A stretch of DNA of 64,000 nucleotides, from contig CM000429.1 of NCBI GenBank assembly GCA_000165345.1, positions 288,001-352,000 of the forward strand. The letters are read 5' to 3'. Of the stretch, positions 21,311 to 31,283 are shown piece after piece. The notes under the pieces were generated by a model. The model was not told where the DNA came from, did no database searches, and worked only from the letters and a program-made list of their open reading frames with translations. The position numbers and the translations under genes were made by a program. How positions within the stretch are numbered: position 1 is the stretch's first letter; each line of letters starts with the position of its first letter.

Positions 21311-21814
21311 ATGTAACCTATAATACTCATCATCTGATGCCTCCAAATTTCCTTAATTTTTGAAATAGAAGAAAATTAATTCTTTCCTATAACTTTGATT
21401 TGATTGAGCAACTTACCTTTCCCCCATAATGTTTTAACTCCAAAATGTATTGGAATTCGAAGACCAGAACAATAGAGTTCTTCGCAGATCCAATCAGAAA
21501 GAGCAGGCCAAGATCTTTGAATCTGCCTTAATGAGCTTTCCTCTGTATCAGTACTTTGACGAAAACACTTTGTGGAATCATGGAATCAGTTACTTCTATA
21601 AGGTGGTTGCATGCATGTAGAACTTACCTCAATTTGAAAAACAAGTAATTGAATAAGTAAAAGAGCAAAGTACATTTTTTCTTAAGAAGTTTTAAAATCA
21701 ACCAACTTTAAATCGAACTCATGGTGAGAATCCTAAAAAAAATGAACATTGGCCCAGTCCTTCTTTGGCTGAAAAAGCATTTCGAGACTAAAAAAATAGT
21801 CAACCAAAAACGAA

Positions 21815-21824
21815 ATGGCGCCAA
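21815..21824. promoter_or_regulatory. E2F-type palindrome ATGGCGCCAA in the divergent spacer between the SEKK gene and the PPPDE gene
   Basis: Seen directly in the sequence. Confidence 0.55.
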
Positions 21825-21997
21825 TGTGTGTGGGGAAGATAAATTTTAGGTAAAGTCAGATAGAGGGAGATTTGAATTTACTAGTTGATAAAAATATAAG
21901 GATTAAAAGGTTAATTGTAGTTTAGTTGTTAGTTTTTACTGGAGTATTTAATTTATATATTTAGGATAATATTTTAAATTTCACTGTTGAATTACAA

Positions 21998-23179
21998 ATG
22001 AGTGATATAGGGGAAAAAGTGGAGCTTCATATTTACGACTTAAGTAATGGAATGGCATCTCAACTATCCCCAATGCTTTTGGGAAGAACGATTGAAGCTA
22101 TTTATCATACAGGAGTATTTGTTTATGGGTATGAATACTTTTATGGAGGTGGGATAGTTTGTGTTAGACCAGAAGAGATTACCAGATTGTATGGACTAAA
22201 ACCTATTCGAACATTGACATTGGGAACCACGAAAAAGTCTCAGAAAGAACTAAATAGCCACTTGGAATCAATTTCTAATGAATTTAACAGCGATAACTAC
22301 GACCTTTTAAATCATAACTGTAATCACTTTTCAGATAATATAGTCAAGTTTTTGATAGGAGAAGGTATTCCATCTTATATTTTAGATCTGCCAAATGAGG
22401 TGATGAGAACTCCTTTTGGTTCAATGATTCTTCCAATGCTACAAAAAGCGCAGAAGAGTCAGGCAATTCGCTCAGTTGCAAATGTTTGGAACACGAATGG
22501 AATCAACCCCTCAAATGTGATCAATAAAACTGCAGAGGAGTTCAGTTATTTGAGTTCTGGGTCAAGCTCTACAGGGAGTAGTAGAACAAGCCATCACTCT
22601 AGATCTTCTGGATCTTCAGATAGTATTTCTGAGTTTTCTAAGAAGCTGAGCACTGTTTCCAACAAGTATGGATGGCAGTGCCAAAGAGTATTAGAAACTC
22701 TCGAAACTATACTTTTCAATATTATAAGTAATCCCGGTGACTTAAGATACAGAAGCATTAAATCAACAAGTAATACACTAAAGAGTGTATTAATGAGTAT
22801 AGATGAAGGCCTTGAATTACTATTCTTAGTTGGTTTCCGTGAGAAGCAAGCGGAGGATCAACTTAGATACGAAATACAACTAAGCCAACCACTGAGCAGA
22901 GAGGAAAGAGAGCAATTAGAAACTCAAATTAACTTGGTCAGGCGTACCTTAAGCTCCCTGGGGATGGCAAGTGAGCAAGAAACGCAAGAGTCAGCATGCC
23001 CAGAATCCAAAGCAAGCAATGGATCAAAGTCAGAAAGTACAATTGACTATGTAAAACTATTAGCAGAAGTGAAAGGAATGGGATTTGAGGACAATAAGAA
23101 AATACTACAAGCCCTTCACAAGACTAATGGAGACATCTCCCGCACCGTGTCAATTCTGCTGGATGAACAGAGCCAATAG
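21998..23179 (+). CDS. PPPDE/DeSI-family cysteine isopeptidase with C-terminal PUB-like and UBA domains
   Basis: N-terminus HIYDLSNG…HTGVFVYGYEYFYGGGIV…YDLLNHNCNHFSDNIVKFL matches the PPPDE/DUF862 catalytic His…Cys dyad region. The middle …ILFNIISNPGDLRYRSIKSTSNTLKSVLMS…LELLFLVGF resembles a PUB/PUL p97-binding module. The C-terminus DYVKLLAEVKGMGFEDNKKILQALHKTNGDISRTVSILL is a UBA domain. Confidence 0.65.
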   Translation: MSDIGEKVELHIYDLSNGMASQLSPMLLGRTIEAIYHTGVFVYGYEYFYGGGIVCVRPEEITRLYGLKPIRTLTLGTTKKSQKELNSHLESISNEFNSDNYDLLNHNCNHFSDNIVKFLIGEGIPSYILDLPNEVMRTPFGSMILPMLQKAQKSQAIRSVANVWNTNGINPSNVINKTAEEFSYLSSGSSSTGSSRTSHHSRSSGSSDSISEFSKKLSTVSNKYGWQCQRVLETLETILFNIISNPGDLRYRSIKSTSNTLKSVLMSIDEGLELLFLVGFREKQAEDQLRYEIQLSQPLSREEREQLETQINLVRRTLSSLGMASEQETQESACPESKASNGSKSESTIDYVKLLAEVKGMGFEDNKKILQALHKTNGDISRTVSILLDEQSQ

Positions 23180-23376
23180 TGGTGGAAAGTCGTGGCTAAG
23201 AATATGTAGGAATGAGAATAATTTTTCGATTAGGCTCTAATAATAAGTAGAAGCTCCTGATCTATAAATTAAGAGCATTGCAGTCATATCAAATTTAGTC
23301 AAAATAAAGCCACTTTCTTAAATTCTGTGTTCTTTGTAATTCCGCGTTATGTTTGCATTTTTCTTTAAAATTGGCA

Positions 23377-23437
23377 ATGGCGCCAAACCTACTTCGTAGT
23401 GTTACCAGGAATGGGGGGCCGTTTGGCTTGGCGCCAA
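23377..23437. promoter_or_regulatory. pair of E2F-type palindromes (ATGGCGCCAAA at 23377-23387; TTGGCGCCAA at 23428-23437) upstream of the KH-protein gene
   Basis: Two copies 40 nt apart within a locally GC-rich patch. Confidence 0.6.
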
Positions 23438-23536
23438 GTAGACATGCCCGAGGGATAAAGCAAAAAAAAAACAGGAAACAGGTGAAAGAACCAAGTTGTA
23501 ATTAAATTAGCTAGGAAATAGGAGTCACTAGAAAAC

Positions 23537-24919
23537 ATGTTGAATATTCTGAAAGTTGGAGATAACCAGACAATTGCGCAGATAGAATCTGCGGACGCGT
23601 CGTTCATTGTTGGAACAGGAGGAAGAACAAGAAGAAAACTCGCGGCCGTTTCTGGAACCTCCATTACAATTATTCAGGATGATAGCAAGACAGCCAGGGT
23701 TGAAATAAATGGAGATGCAGCATGTCGTGAAAAGGCTTACTTATATCTTAAATATTTAGTTCAGCAAAAGCATGGCCCAGTAACCATCGATGTTACCCCA
23801 GATTCAAGAGATGACCTTACAATAGTTAATGTTCCAGCTCTTTGTGTTGGATATATTACAGGAAAGAAAGGCCAAGGATTGAGAGCAATAGAAGAAGATT
23901 CTGGAACCTTAATGTTCTTTAGCAGACCAGAGGAAGAGTGTCCAACTGACAGTACCCCTCCAAGCAACGGTGTCCCTATGAACAATGGTAATTCCCAATC
24001 ACAATACATCTTGGCTATATTTGGAGTTGCTAGAAATAGAAGAGCTGCTGAGTTGAGAGTAATGTGTTACATTGAACAAAAGATTAATGGGCACTTTACA
24101 AAAGATTTGAAAGCAGAATCGCATGACCACATTGAGGATCTAGCAACAGATATTGTTCATATTGAAACAGAGGACCTTAGTTATGCTGTAGGAAAAGAGG
24201 GAAATACAAGAAGGAGACTTTGTGCATCTAGTGGAGCGATTATTGAATACGTGGGAAATTTTGCATTTATTCATGGTGACTTGAGTGAGAGAAAGCGCGC
24301 CAAAGAATATTTGGCATGGCTAATTGCCCAAAGAACATCGACAGTCTCTGTTGACACCAGAGCTAGAGAAGATGTAACAGTTGTTTCAATTCCACAAAAT
24401 GTGATAGGGTATGTAACTGGTGCAAAAGGAAGCTTTTTAAGACGTGTTGAAGATGAAACCGGTACCTTTATATTTATTGATGAAAATAAAGGAAACGTTC
24501 TTGAGAGAGTCCTAATATTCTCTAGATCAGCCTTTGGACGCCAAAAAGCTAGAGATTTTATTGAACGCAGAATGTATGAAAAATTGTGTGGCTATGCAGA
24601 TAATAAGAACTATCCACAAAATGGAAATGGATTCAATGGTAGGAACATGAATGGCATCCGCAAAACCAATGGAATTACTTTGAATAATTCGCACTTTGAT
24701 CACCCAATGAAGGGTAACTTTGCTGCAATCCCAAATGCATTCCTCTCACAACCTGGAATCAGTGGACTTGGAGCCCCTAATATGGGAATAGGAAGAAGAT
24801 CAAGAACTAGAGGTGGAGCACCAGAACACCATATTTCTGATAAATCTAGCGGTAAGCCCGCTGGACTTTATGGCGGTAATTTGGTTCCTTTCGGTCTGAG
24901 TGGTGGCGCCTTGTTTTAA
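23537..24919 (+). CDS. multi-KH-domain RNA-binding protein
   Basis: Four repeats of the KH GXXG pattern: FIVGTGGRTRRKLAAVSGTSITI, VGYITGKKGQGLRAIEEDSGTLMFF, AVGKEGNTRRRLCASSGAIIEY, IGYVTGAKGSFLRRVEDETGTFIFI. Gly/Asn-rich tail. Confidence 0.65.
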   Translation: MLNILKVGDNQTIAQIESADASFIVGTGGRTRRKLAAVSGTSITIIQDDSKTARVEINGDAACREKAYLYLKYLVQQKHGPVTIDVTPDSRDDLTIVNVPALCVGYITGKKGQGLRAIEEDSGTLMFFSRPEEECPTDSTPPSNGVPMNNGNSQSQYILAIFGVARNRRAAELRVMCYIEQKINGHFTKDLKAESHDHIEDLATDIVHIETEDLSYAVGKEGNTRRRLCASSGAIIEYVGNFAFIHGDLSERKRAKEYLAWLIAQRTSTVSVDTRAREDVTVVSIPQNVIGYVTGAKGSFLRRVEDETGTFIFIDENKGNVLERVLIFSRSAFGRQKARDFIERRMYEKLCGYADNKNYPQNGNGFNGRNMNGIRKTNGITLNNSHFDHPMKGNFAAIPNAFLSQPGISGLGAPNMGIGRRSRTRGGAPEHHISDKSSGKPAGLYGGNLVPFGLSGGALF

Positions 24920-25070
24920 GGCTAATGCGACGTGGGGGATATTAACCGATACTTAGACTCGAAAGTAATCATAAGTTTGTTCCAGAAAGGAGTTTCTGTC
25001 TATAAAGGCACTAGTAGGATTTAGAGGTTGATTTAAGACAACTTGTAAGTGAGGGGGACCTTTAGAAAAG

Positions 25071-25871
25071 ATGGGTTCTTCCAAAATCAGGACGGCAGCA
25101 GCAGTAGCAGGAGGTGTGGCAGTGGTTGGTGCCCTTTTGTACTATTTATTCCGAAGTGACTCTTCAGAAAATAAGGACGAGTCCAATACTTTAGTTGAAG
25201 CCTCGGCAACCAAAGATGTACCGGAGAACACGGTAAAGGGGTCGCTGGATACTTTTACTAAAGAAGACATGTTATTATTGCTTGATGAGATCCTAGAGAG
25301 TCAAAACTCTCTAAAGAAAATAATGCGCTCCCTAACTAATGACTTTGTTGCCGACCCCCCAAAGTCTCTCCAGGATTGCTATAATAAGGTTAAAGATGCG
25401 TCTCCCCAGGATCCATTAGATAAGAGGAAAATTTCTCTAGTTGACTTTGATCGCTTGGTAGAACGCTTTTATAATGACGAGGGTATAAGTAGCGCAATAG
25501 AAAAGATCATGGGAATCCATGGACCAAGTTCTATAACAGAGCGAGCGGGCAGTATTAGTAGTGATCAGCTTGTCAAGGTTAATGAGTTTATGTTGAAAGA
25601 ACTGAGAGAGTTCGTGGACCAATACATTTTTATAGCTAATAAAGATCAATTTGATGTTAAGACACTAACTATTGCCGCACAGGTTTGGGTAGGCTCTAAA
25701 GTTGAGAAGCAGTTTAACTTGAGTTCTGATGATATTGAAACCGCAATGCTGCTTCATTCCCAGACTCTTCGTAATGATCCAGATTTTGGACGAATTAGTT
25801 TCCAGATGCAGGCTACTATGGAACAGTTGCTTGGTTCTCCTGCGCCAACCAATCTTCCCTTTTCAATATAA
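25071..25871 (+). CDS. N-terminally membrane-anchored hypothetical protein (266 aa)
   Basis: MGSSKIRTAAAVAGGVAVVGALLYYLFRSD is a single N-terminal signal-anchor/TM helix followed by a charged region; the remainder is predicted soluble. Confidence 0.5.
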   Translation: MGSSKIRTAAAVAGGVAVVGALLYYLFRSDSSENKDESNTLVEASATKDVPENTVKGSLDTFTKEDMLLLLDEILESQNSLKKIMRSLTNDFVADPPKSLQDCYNKVKDASPQDPLDKRKISLVDFDRLVERFYNDEGISSAIEKIMGIHGPSSITERAGSISSDQLVKVNEFMLKELREFVDQYIFIANKDQFDVKTLTIAAQVWVGSKVEKQFNLSSDDIETAMLLHSQTLRNDPDFGRISFQMQATMEQLLGSPAPTNLPFSI

Positions 25872-26389
25872 TTTTATTATATATTAGAAATCCAGTTTCC
25901 AAGATTGTCGCATTGCTCGGGAATGTAATTGATTACCATTATATTTCCTCGATATATCTCTTTCATTTCGTTTACCAGCCTGGTATTTATTATCTAAAGT
26001 TTGATTTGTTCGATTTGGATGTAATTATATTATTCGGAAGAGACCAAATTTCTTATTTTTAAAGGAAAAATCAAATTGATCCTCCAATATCCTATAAATA
26101 TTTATTAGTCATAACTAGGTTTATATTTTATTTTGGTAGAGCATTCACTTGGACGCTGAGTTCACTAAGCCCAATTGGATCGTATACTTATAAAGTTAGA
26201 AAATTCTAATTGTGTCATTTTATCTTACTTTCCTTTCAATTTTGATAAATTATACTTCATTGTAGAAAGAGTCGTGGAAACTTAACATAGACTTATTAAC
26301 AAACAGGGTAATCATCTTTTTATTTGTGAAAAAATAGCGCGCAAATAATTTCAATTATTTATGACACGTCAATTGTTTGATTAAAAAAA

Positions 26390-29300
26390 TTATTTGCATG
26401 CAGATAAATTTTTATTGTGGCATGCAATTGTATGCAAAATCAATTCAAAGAAATCGCGAGAGAATTTTTCTCCATCGCAAAGTTTGGATTCAGTGAGTAT
26501 TCTACGAAGATTTGAGCGATAATAAATTAGTCTTTCAGTATCATTTGCAAGGCTTAAAGCGGCTTTAATAAATTCTTTCTTATTACTTGCAATGAGTTCA
26601 TTCAAGTTTAAATTAGTGAGAATGGACCTTCCAACATTTTGAGAATGAAATGACGAAATTTCAGTATAAATGTCTGAAGAATCTATTTGGGAATTTTCTG
26701 ATTGGTCAATACTTAAAGTAATTAATGGAACTCCCATAAAAATACATTCAAATGTCGTGGTTGTTCCAGCATATGGGAAAGTATCTAAAGAAATGTCAAT
26801 ATCATTATAAAGCTCCAGATGAGAGTAATAAGAGTTGCTTAAGGGGATTAAAGAAATTCTATGTGGTTGAATATTGTATTTTGATTTGAAAATTTCAAGA
26901 TAAAAATTGCAACAAGACTGTGAGCTGAATGCTTTGGATTTAAGCAACAAATGGCTTTCAGGAACACTTTTTAGGACTTCACCCCAAAGTTCTATTGTTA
27001 AGGGATGTAATTTAGTAACTCTGTTGAAAGATCCAAAAGTTATAAATCCATTTTTTTTCATAGGAGGTTCGGAAATTGGTGGATGTTGAATTTTTGGTAA
27101 AGTATAACAAAGAAAGCAATTTGGGAGATAAAGTAATTTTTCAGAGTATTTTTGTTTTGTATGAAGAGGATCAACTATCTTATCAGTAATACGATAATCA
27201 ATGTACTTTAATCCAGTAGTGTTTGGATACCCAATCCAAGAGATTTGTATTGGAGAGTTTTTTAAAGCAAATAAAGCCAAGCAATTATTGACTGTATGAC
27301 CACTTAAGTCAAAGAGAATATGGATATTATCACTCCGGATAAGCTTTGAAGAAAATTCAATATCTTTCCCATGTATATATCTCCAATTTTCACTAGGAAT
27401 AAGATCCTTGAAAAAACATGAATAATAGTCATGGTGAGGGGAATTGTCATATATGAAGATATTCAGTTTGACTTGTGAATTGCCTTCTATATTACAATCT
27501 CTAGTTGAGTTCTTTGAGAAATTCTTAATTAAAAATTTTATGGGAGCTAAAATGAAGAATGCAACTGCATGATGGAAGTATTCTGCACCAACAAACCCTA
27601 TATTAATCAATTGTTTGTCTGAAGTTGACTCAATATCTGGAATTTCAGCAATAGGAATTAAATCATCAAGACGGTTCTTGATTTCTCTATGAATCTCGAT
27701 GAATTTATCCCCCCATTCCAAAGATAGGTCATACATATCTTGGTAATTTATATAATAATCGGAGTTATTTATCCAGATTTGAGACTCGCATACATAAGAT
27801 TCTGGAGTAGAGCTGATATCTAAGCAAAGACTCTTTTCAGAATCCTTTAAGTTATTAATAATTGACTCAATTGAATTGTTTCTAATATTACCAATTAACT
27901 TTGGGTTATCTAATGGAATAAAGTAATTCAAAATATACAATAGGTTCTGAAACGCCAAAGTATGGTTAGGATCTAGCTCAAGAGCTACTAGAAAACAGTT
28001 TTTTGCCATCAAAAAGTTCCCACAGTCTCTATAAAGCACTCCAAGATTATTATATACATCGGGAACGCCTTGATTAACTTCGATACACCTTTTAAAATAC
28101 TCGTATGACTCGTCAATCTTACCAATATTACCGTATAAAGCTGCAATAACATTCAATGTAGTAATACAATTTTGATTAATTCTGGAAATCCTTTCATAAC
28201 ATAAAATTGCTTGATCAATAAATCCAAGCTTTCTAAGAATTATCCCAAAGTTATCATAGGCATTAACATTCATAGGATTAAAGTGGATTGAAAGTTTGAA
28301 GCACCAAATGGCCTTTTCTTCCTTACCTAATTCATAATATATTATTCCCAAGTCAGTGTATGCTTCTGAAGATTGTGGAATATATAATATCACTTTTTTC
28401 AAAATGGACTTAACTAGGCTAAATCCAGCATTTTTTTTTCTGGCTTCAACTGCTTTATTATAAAGTAATTTACCAAAATAAGATCTGAAATCATCATTAA
28501 ATGGATTTTTCTTGATTAATCTCTCCATAATACCAATGCTCTTATCAATATTGCCATCGATCTCGAAACAAAGTCTGGATAATGAATACCCAATTTCACA
28601 ATTAATACAGTTTTTGTTTGATTCAAAGCATTCCTGTAGCAAATTCTTGCATCTAGAATAAACTTCAAGATTTTTAGAATCATTTATTCTAATATTCGCT
28701 AAAGGTGGTTGACTAAGTTCTATTCCATTCAAAGATAATATTATCCTAACCATACAATGAATAATATTTGGATAAAATAAAAAACAACTCAAGAAATATT
28801 GATGTGAATTATTTTCCAGAAATTCCAGTTTATTTGATTTGAATAGTATTAAAATTGTCTCCTTGAGACAATTTACTAGTCTATCAATATCCTGATACTT
28901 ATTTGCAATATAATTTAATGCAAGACAAGCATCATCATAATTTTTAAGAGAAATTTGAATAATTCCAAATGACAAAACTTGCATAATTAGTTCATGAATT
29001 CTATCAGTATTCTTTATTGAGTTTTCATTATCGTTAATTGATTCGATATTTGTCATTTTGTAACGAATACAATTCTGGATCAGATCAATTATTAAAGAAA
29101 TAACTCTATCAAAATTTACCAATTTAATATTAAAAATTTGAAGCAGAATCTTGGAGAAAATCATTCCTATAAAGTAAGCCAAGTCCTCCATATCAGACTC
29201 TTCAAACTTTTGTATGTCCGAAAGTTTACTTAAGCATTTATTGCAAGAGTAACTCCTTAAATTAATACATATTTGTTGAAATGACTCAATATTATTTAAA

Positions 29301-29488
29301 AGTTCAATTAAAATTGTGCCCACAATACTAATATGATCATTATTCAATAAATGTTCATCAGCTCCATTCACTACCCATTCTTTGAAATTAATGTTACCAT
29401 CAAATTCGGAATTATTACAAAAGCAAAAAATAGTCATTTCTTGGCAAGTTTCTGGGATTTTATTCGTAACTCCACCATCTTTCAGCAT
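26390..29488 (-). CDS. TPR-repeat glycosyltransferase of the GT41 (OGT/SPINDLY) family
   Basis: Central block of TPRs (…AYTDLGIIYYELGKEEKAIWCFKLSIHFNPMNVNAYDNFGIIL…PDVYNNLGVLYRDCGNFLMAKNCFLVALELDPNHTLAFQNL). The C-terminal catalytic region has GT41 hallmarks: IHILFDLSGHTVNNCLALFALKNSPIQISWIGYPNTTGLKYIDYRITDKIVDP…FGSFNRVTKLHP. Confidence 0.7.
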   Translation of the reverse strand: MLKDGGVTNKIPETCQEMTIFCFCNNSEFDGNINFKEWVVNGADEHLLNNDHISIVGTILIELLNNIESFQQICINLRSYSCNKCLSKLSDIQKFEESDMEDLAYFIGMIFSKILLQIFNIKLVNFDRVISLIIDLIQNCIRYKMTNIESINDNENSIKNTDRIHELIMQVLSFGIIQISLKNYDDACLALNYIANKYQDIDRLVNCLKETILILFKSNKLEFLENNSHQYFLSCFLFYPNIIHCMVRIILSLNGIELSQPPLANIRINDSKNLEVYSRCKNLLQECFESNKNCINCEIGYSLSRLCFEIDGNIDKSIGIMERLIKKNPFNDDFRSYFGKLLYNKAVEARKKNAGFSLVKSILKKVILYIPQSSEAYTDLGIIYYELGKEEKAIWCFKLSIHFNPMNVNAYDNFGIILRKLGFIDQAILCYERISRINQNCITTLNVIAALYGNIGKIDESYEYFKRCIEVNQGVPDVYNNLGVLYRDCGNFLMAKNCFLVALELDPNHTLAFQNLLYILNYFIPLDNPKLIGNIRNNSIESIINNLKDSEKSLCLDISSTPESYVCESQIWINNSDYYINYQDMYDLSLEWGDKFIEIHREIKNRLDDLIPIAEIPDIESTSDKQLINIGFVGAEYFHHAVAFFILAPIKFLIKNFSKNSTRDCNIEGNSQVKLNIFIYDNSPHHDYYSCFFKDLIPSENWRYIHGKDIEFSSKLIRSDNIHILFDLSGHTVNNCLALFALKNSPIQISWIGYPNTTGLKYIDYRITDKIVDPLHTKQKYSEKLLYLPNCFLCYTLPKIQHPPISEPPMKKNGFITFGSFNRVTKLHPLTIELWGEVLKSVPESHLLLKSKAFSSQSCCNFYLEIFKSKYNIQPHRISLIPLSNSYYSHLELYNDIDISLDTFPYAGTTTTFECIFMGVPLITLSIDQSENSQIDSSDIYTEISSFHSQNVGRSILTNLNLNELIASNKKEFIKAALSLANDTERLIYYRSNLRRILTESKLCDGEKFSRDFFELILHTIACHNKNLSACK

Positions 29489-29556
29489 AATGAAGTCCTA
29501 ATACCGTATTTTTTCCACTAACATTATACAATTTAAGCTTTCAGATTACTTTAATT

Positions 29557-29572
29557 AAAAAAAAAAAAAAAA
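29557..29572. repeat. poly(A) tract, 16 nt
   Basis: Homopolymer immediately 5' of the OGT-like gene start, in its promoter region. Confidence 0.8.
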
Positions 29573-29958
29573 GTAGTTATTATGTCATTTAGTATGTTAT
29601 GAAAAAACCGCATAAACTTCTGGACTAGACCTTAAAAGCTATAAATCTAGAAATTGATTTCAAAGGTATAAAGTCAATATTGAGTTTGTGTCCTAAAAAC
29701 CCTGGAAATATATTAATGATTACTATTTTTCAATTTTTTATCCAACTCGAATCTATTTTCAACATCATTCAAAAAGCTTTTGCAAATATGAACGCGTATA
29801 AAAGACACTAGTAAAAAATAATAATAAATGGATACCAATAGATATTTTTGAACTAGTAAAAAAGTAATATCACACAAGGAACAGTCTAACTTTAATTATA
29901 TCTAATAATTACTTTGACTTGAAGGCAAATATAAAAAAATTAAATATAGAATAATTCA

Positions 29959-29970
29959 TTGGCGCCAAAA
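29959..29970. promoter_or_regulatory. E2F-type motif TTGGCGCCAAAA, about 140 nt upstream of the CstF-64 start
   Basis: Seen directly in the sequence. Confidence 0.55.
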
Positions 29971-30106
29971 CGAGAATTGTTTTTTTTAATTTATAATACA
30001 ATTAGAGGCGAAGTGAAAAACAGAAAAAAATCCTAAAATATTATTTATAAATAAATATATATATTAACTTATAGAAGGACTTAAACAAGTGGGATAGTTT
30101 TCTGTG

Positions 30107-31095
30107 ATGCATTCTTCAGGAGGAAGTCAGGTCTGGGGTAAGTTTTAAAAGAGTTAAACTTGACAAAAGTGATCATTTAAAATAACTTATCTTTAGTTGG
30201 AAATGTACCATTTGACGCTACAGAAGACGAACTAAGGGAGGTTATGAATTCAGCTGGTCCTGTTCTGTCAATGAGAATTGTGCATGATAAGGACACTGGA
30301 TTGAGTCGTGGGTTCTCTTTTTGCGAATATCGTGATATAGAGACTTGTATTATGGCAATAAAGAGTTTAAATGGATACGAATTAAGAGGGAGATCTATTA
30401 GGGTTGACTGGGCAAGCCAGGATATGAGAAGTAGATATAATCATTTAGTTGTAAATAATACATCTGGTACAGCTCCTGTAACAGCAACAACTCAAGGTGG
30501 GATTGGAATGGGACAACAAGGAACTGAAGGCTTACATCATCCAATATCTTTAACAGCGCCATCTCACGTTCAACAAATTCAGGAGGATGGGACATCTATG
30601 CCTTCAATCCCAAATAACAATGCAAATTTTGATAATATTTCGTCAGAAATTATCCAACTTGTACAAGGAATGACAGTTTCTCAGTTATATTATTTGATAG
30701 GCCATATGCAAAAACTTGTTGTCCAGAATCCTGAAACTGCAAGAAGCATTTTACTTGATAATCCTCAATTTTGTTATGCTCTTCTTCACTCTCAATTCAT
30801 TTTAGGTATGGTTAATGAACCATTTGTTCCACTTAATCAAGAGCAACTTAACAAAGCGAATGAAATCAGAACTAAAGTATTGACTTTAAGAAACGAAAAT
30901 TCTAATATTAATATTAAAAATTTGGGAGAAGATGTTTCTGTTCTTATTGAGGAAATTGCAAACAACCCAAACCCTGCATTACTTCAAGCATTGGCTTCAA
31001 TCCAGCCAAATTCCGTTGCCCAGTGGACTGAAGAAGAAAAATCTAAGATCCTTGCAATCCAACAAGCACTAAAAAATAGGGGGCTAATTAACTAA
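30107..31095 (+). CDS. cleavage stimulation factor 64-kDa subunit (CstF-64/Rna15-like), two exons
   Basis: Exon 1 is 30107-30137 (ATGCATTCTTCAGGAGGAAGTCAGGTCTGGG). The intron is 30138-30196 (GTAAGT…TTTAG, 59 nt). Exon 2 is 30197-31095. Splicing gives MHSSGGSQVWVGNVPFDATEDELREVMNSAGPVLSMRIVHDKDTGLSRGFSFCEYRDIETCIMAIKSLNGYELRGRSIRVDWAS, a complete RRM (RNP2 VGNVPF, RNP1 RGFSFCEY) that aligns to CstF-64. The hinge and C-terminal regions follow. Track ORF 30244 begins inside the RRM. Confidence 0.75.
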
Positions 31096-31252
31096 AGAGC
31101 TCGTTCATATACTACTAAATCATTGTTATAGAAATTAGTATGCTTAATTTATTATATTATATGTTTCTTTCATTATTTTTTAATATTCTTTTATTTGTGT
31201 GTTTTTATGTGCAAATTTCCAAGGTAAAAAAAATAATAAATTTGTACTTTTT

Positions 31253-31265
31253 ATGGCGCCAAAAA
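31253..31265. promoter_or_regulatory. E2F-type motif ATGGCGCCAAAAA, ending about 20 nt upstream of the CHMP1 ATG
   Basis: Seen directly in the sequence. Confidence 0.55.
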
Positions 31266-31283
31266 TTAAATTTTTACTTCAAA

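Noticed and set aside
23389-23460. Locally GC-rich patch (ggggggccgtttggcttggcgccaag…) considered as a possible tRNA or ncRNA
   Set aside because: It has no cloverleaf-compatible pairing and no T-loop GTTCRA box. The GC content comes from two E2F-type palindromes in a promoter.
31140-31283. N-terminal 48 codons of track ORF 31140..31442 (MLNLLYYMFLSLFF…)
   Set aside because: This is a hydrophobic read-through of AT-rich promoter sequence that includes the E2F motif at 31253. The CHMP1 alignment begins at the ATG at 31284.
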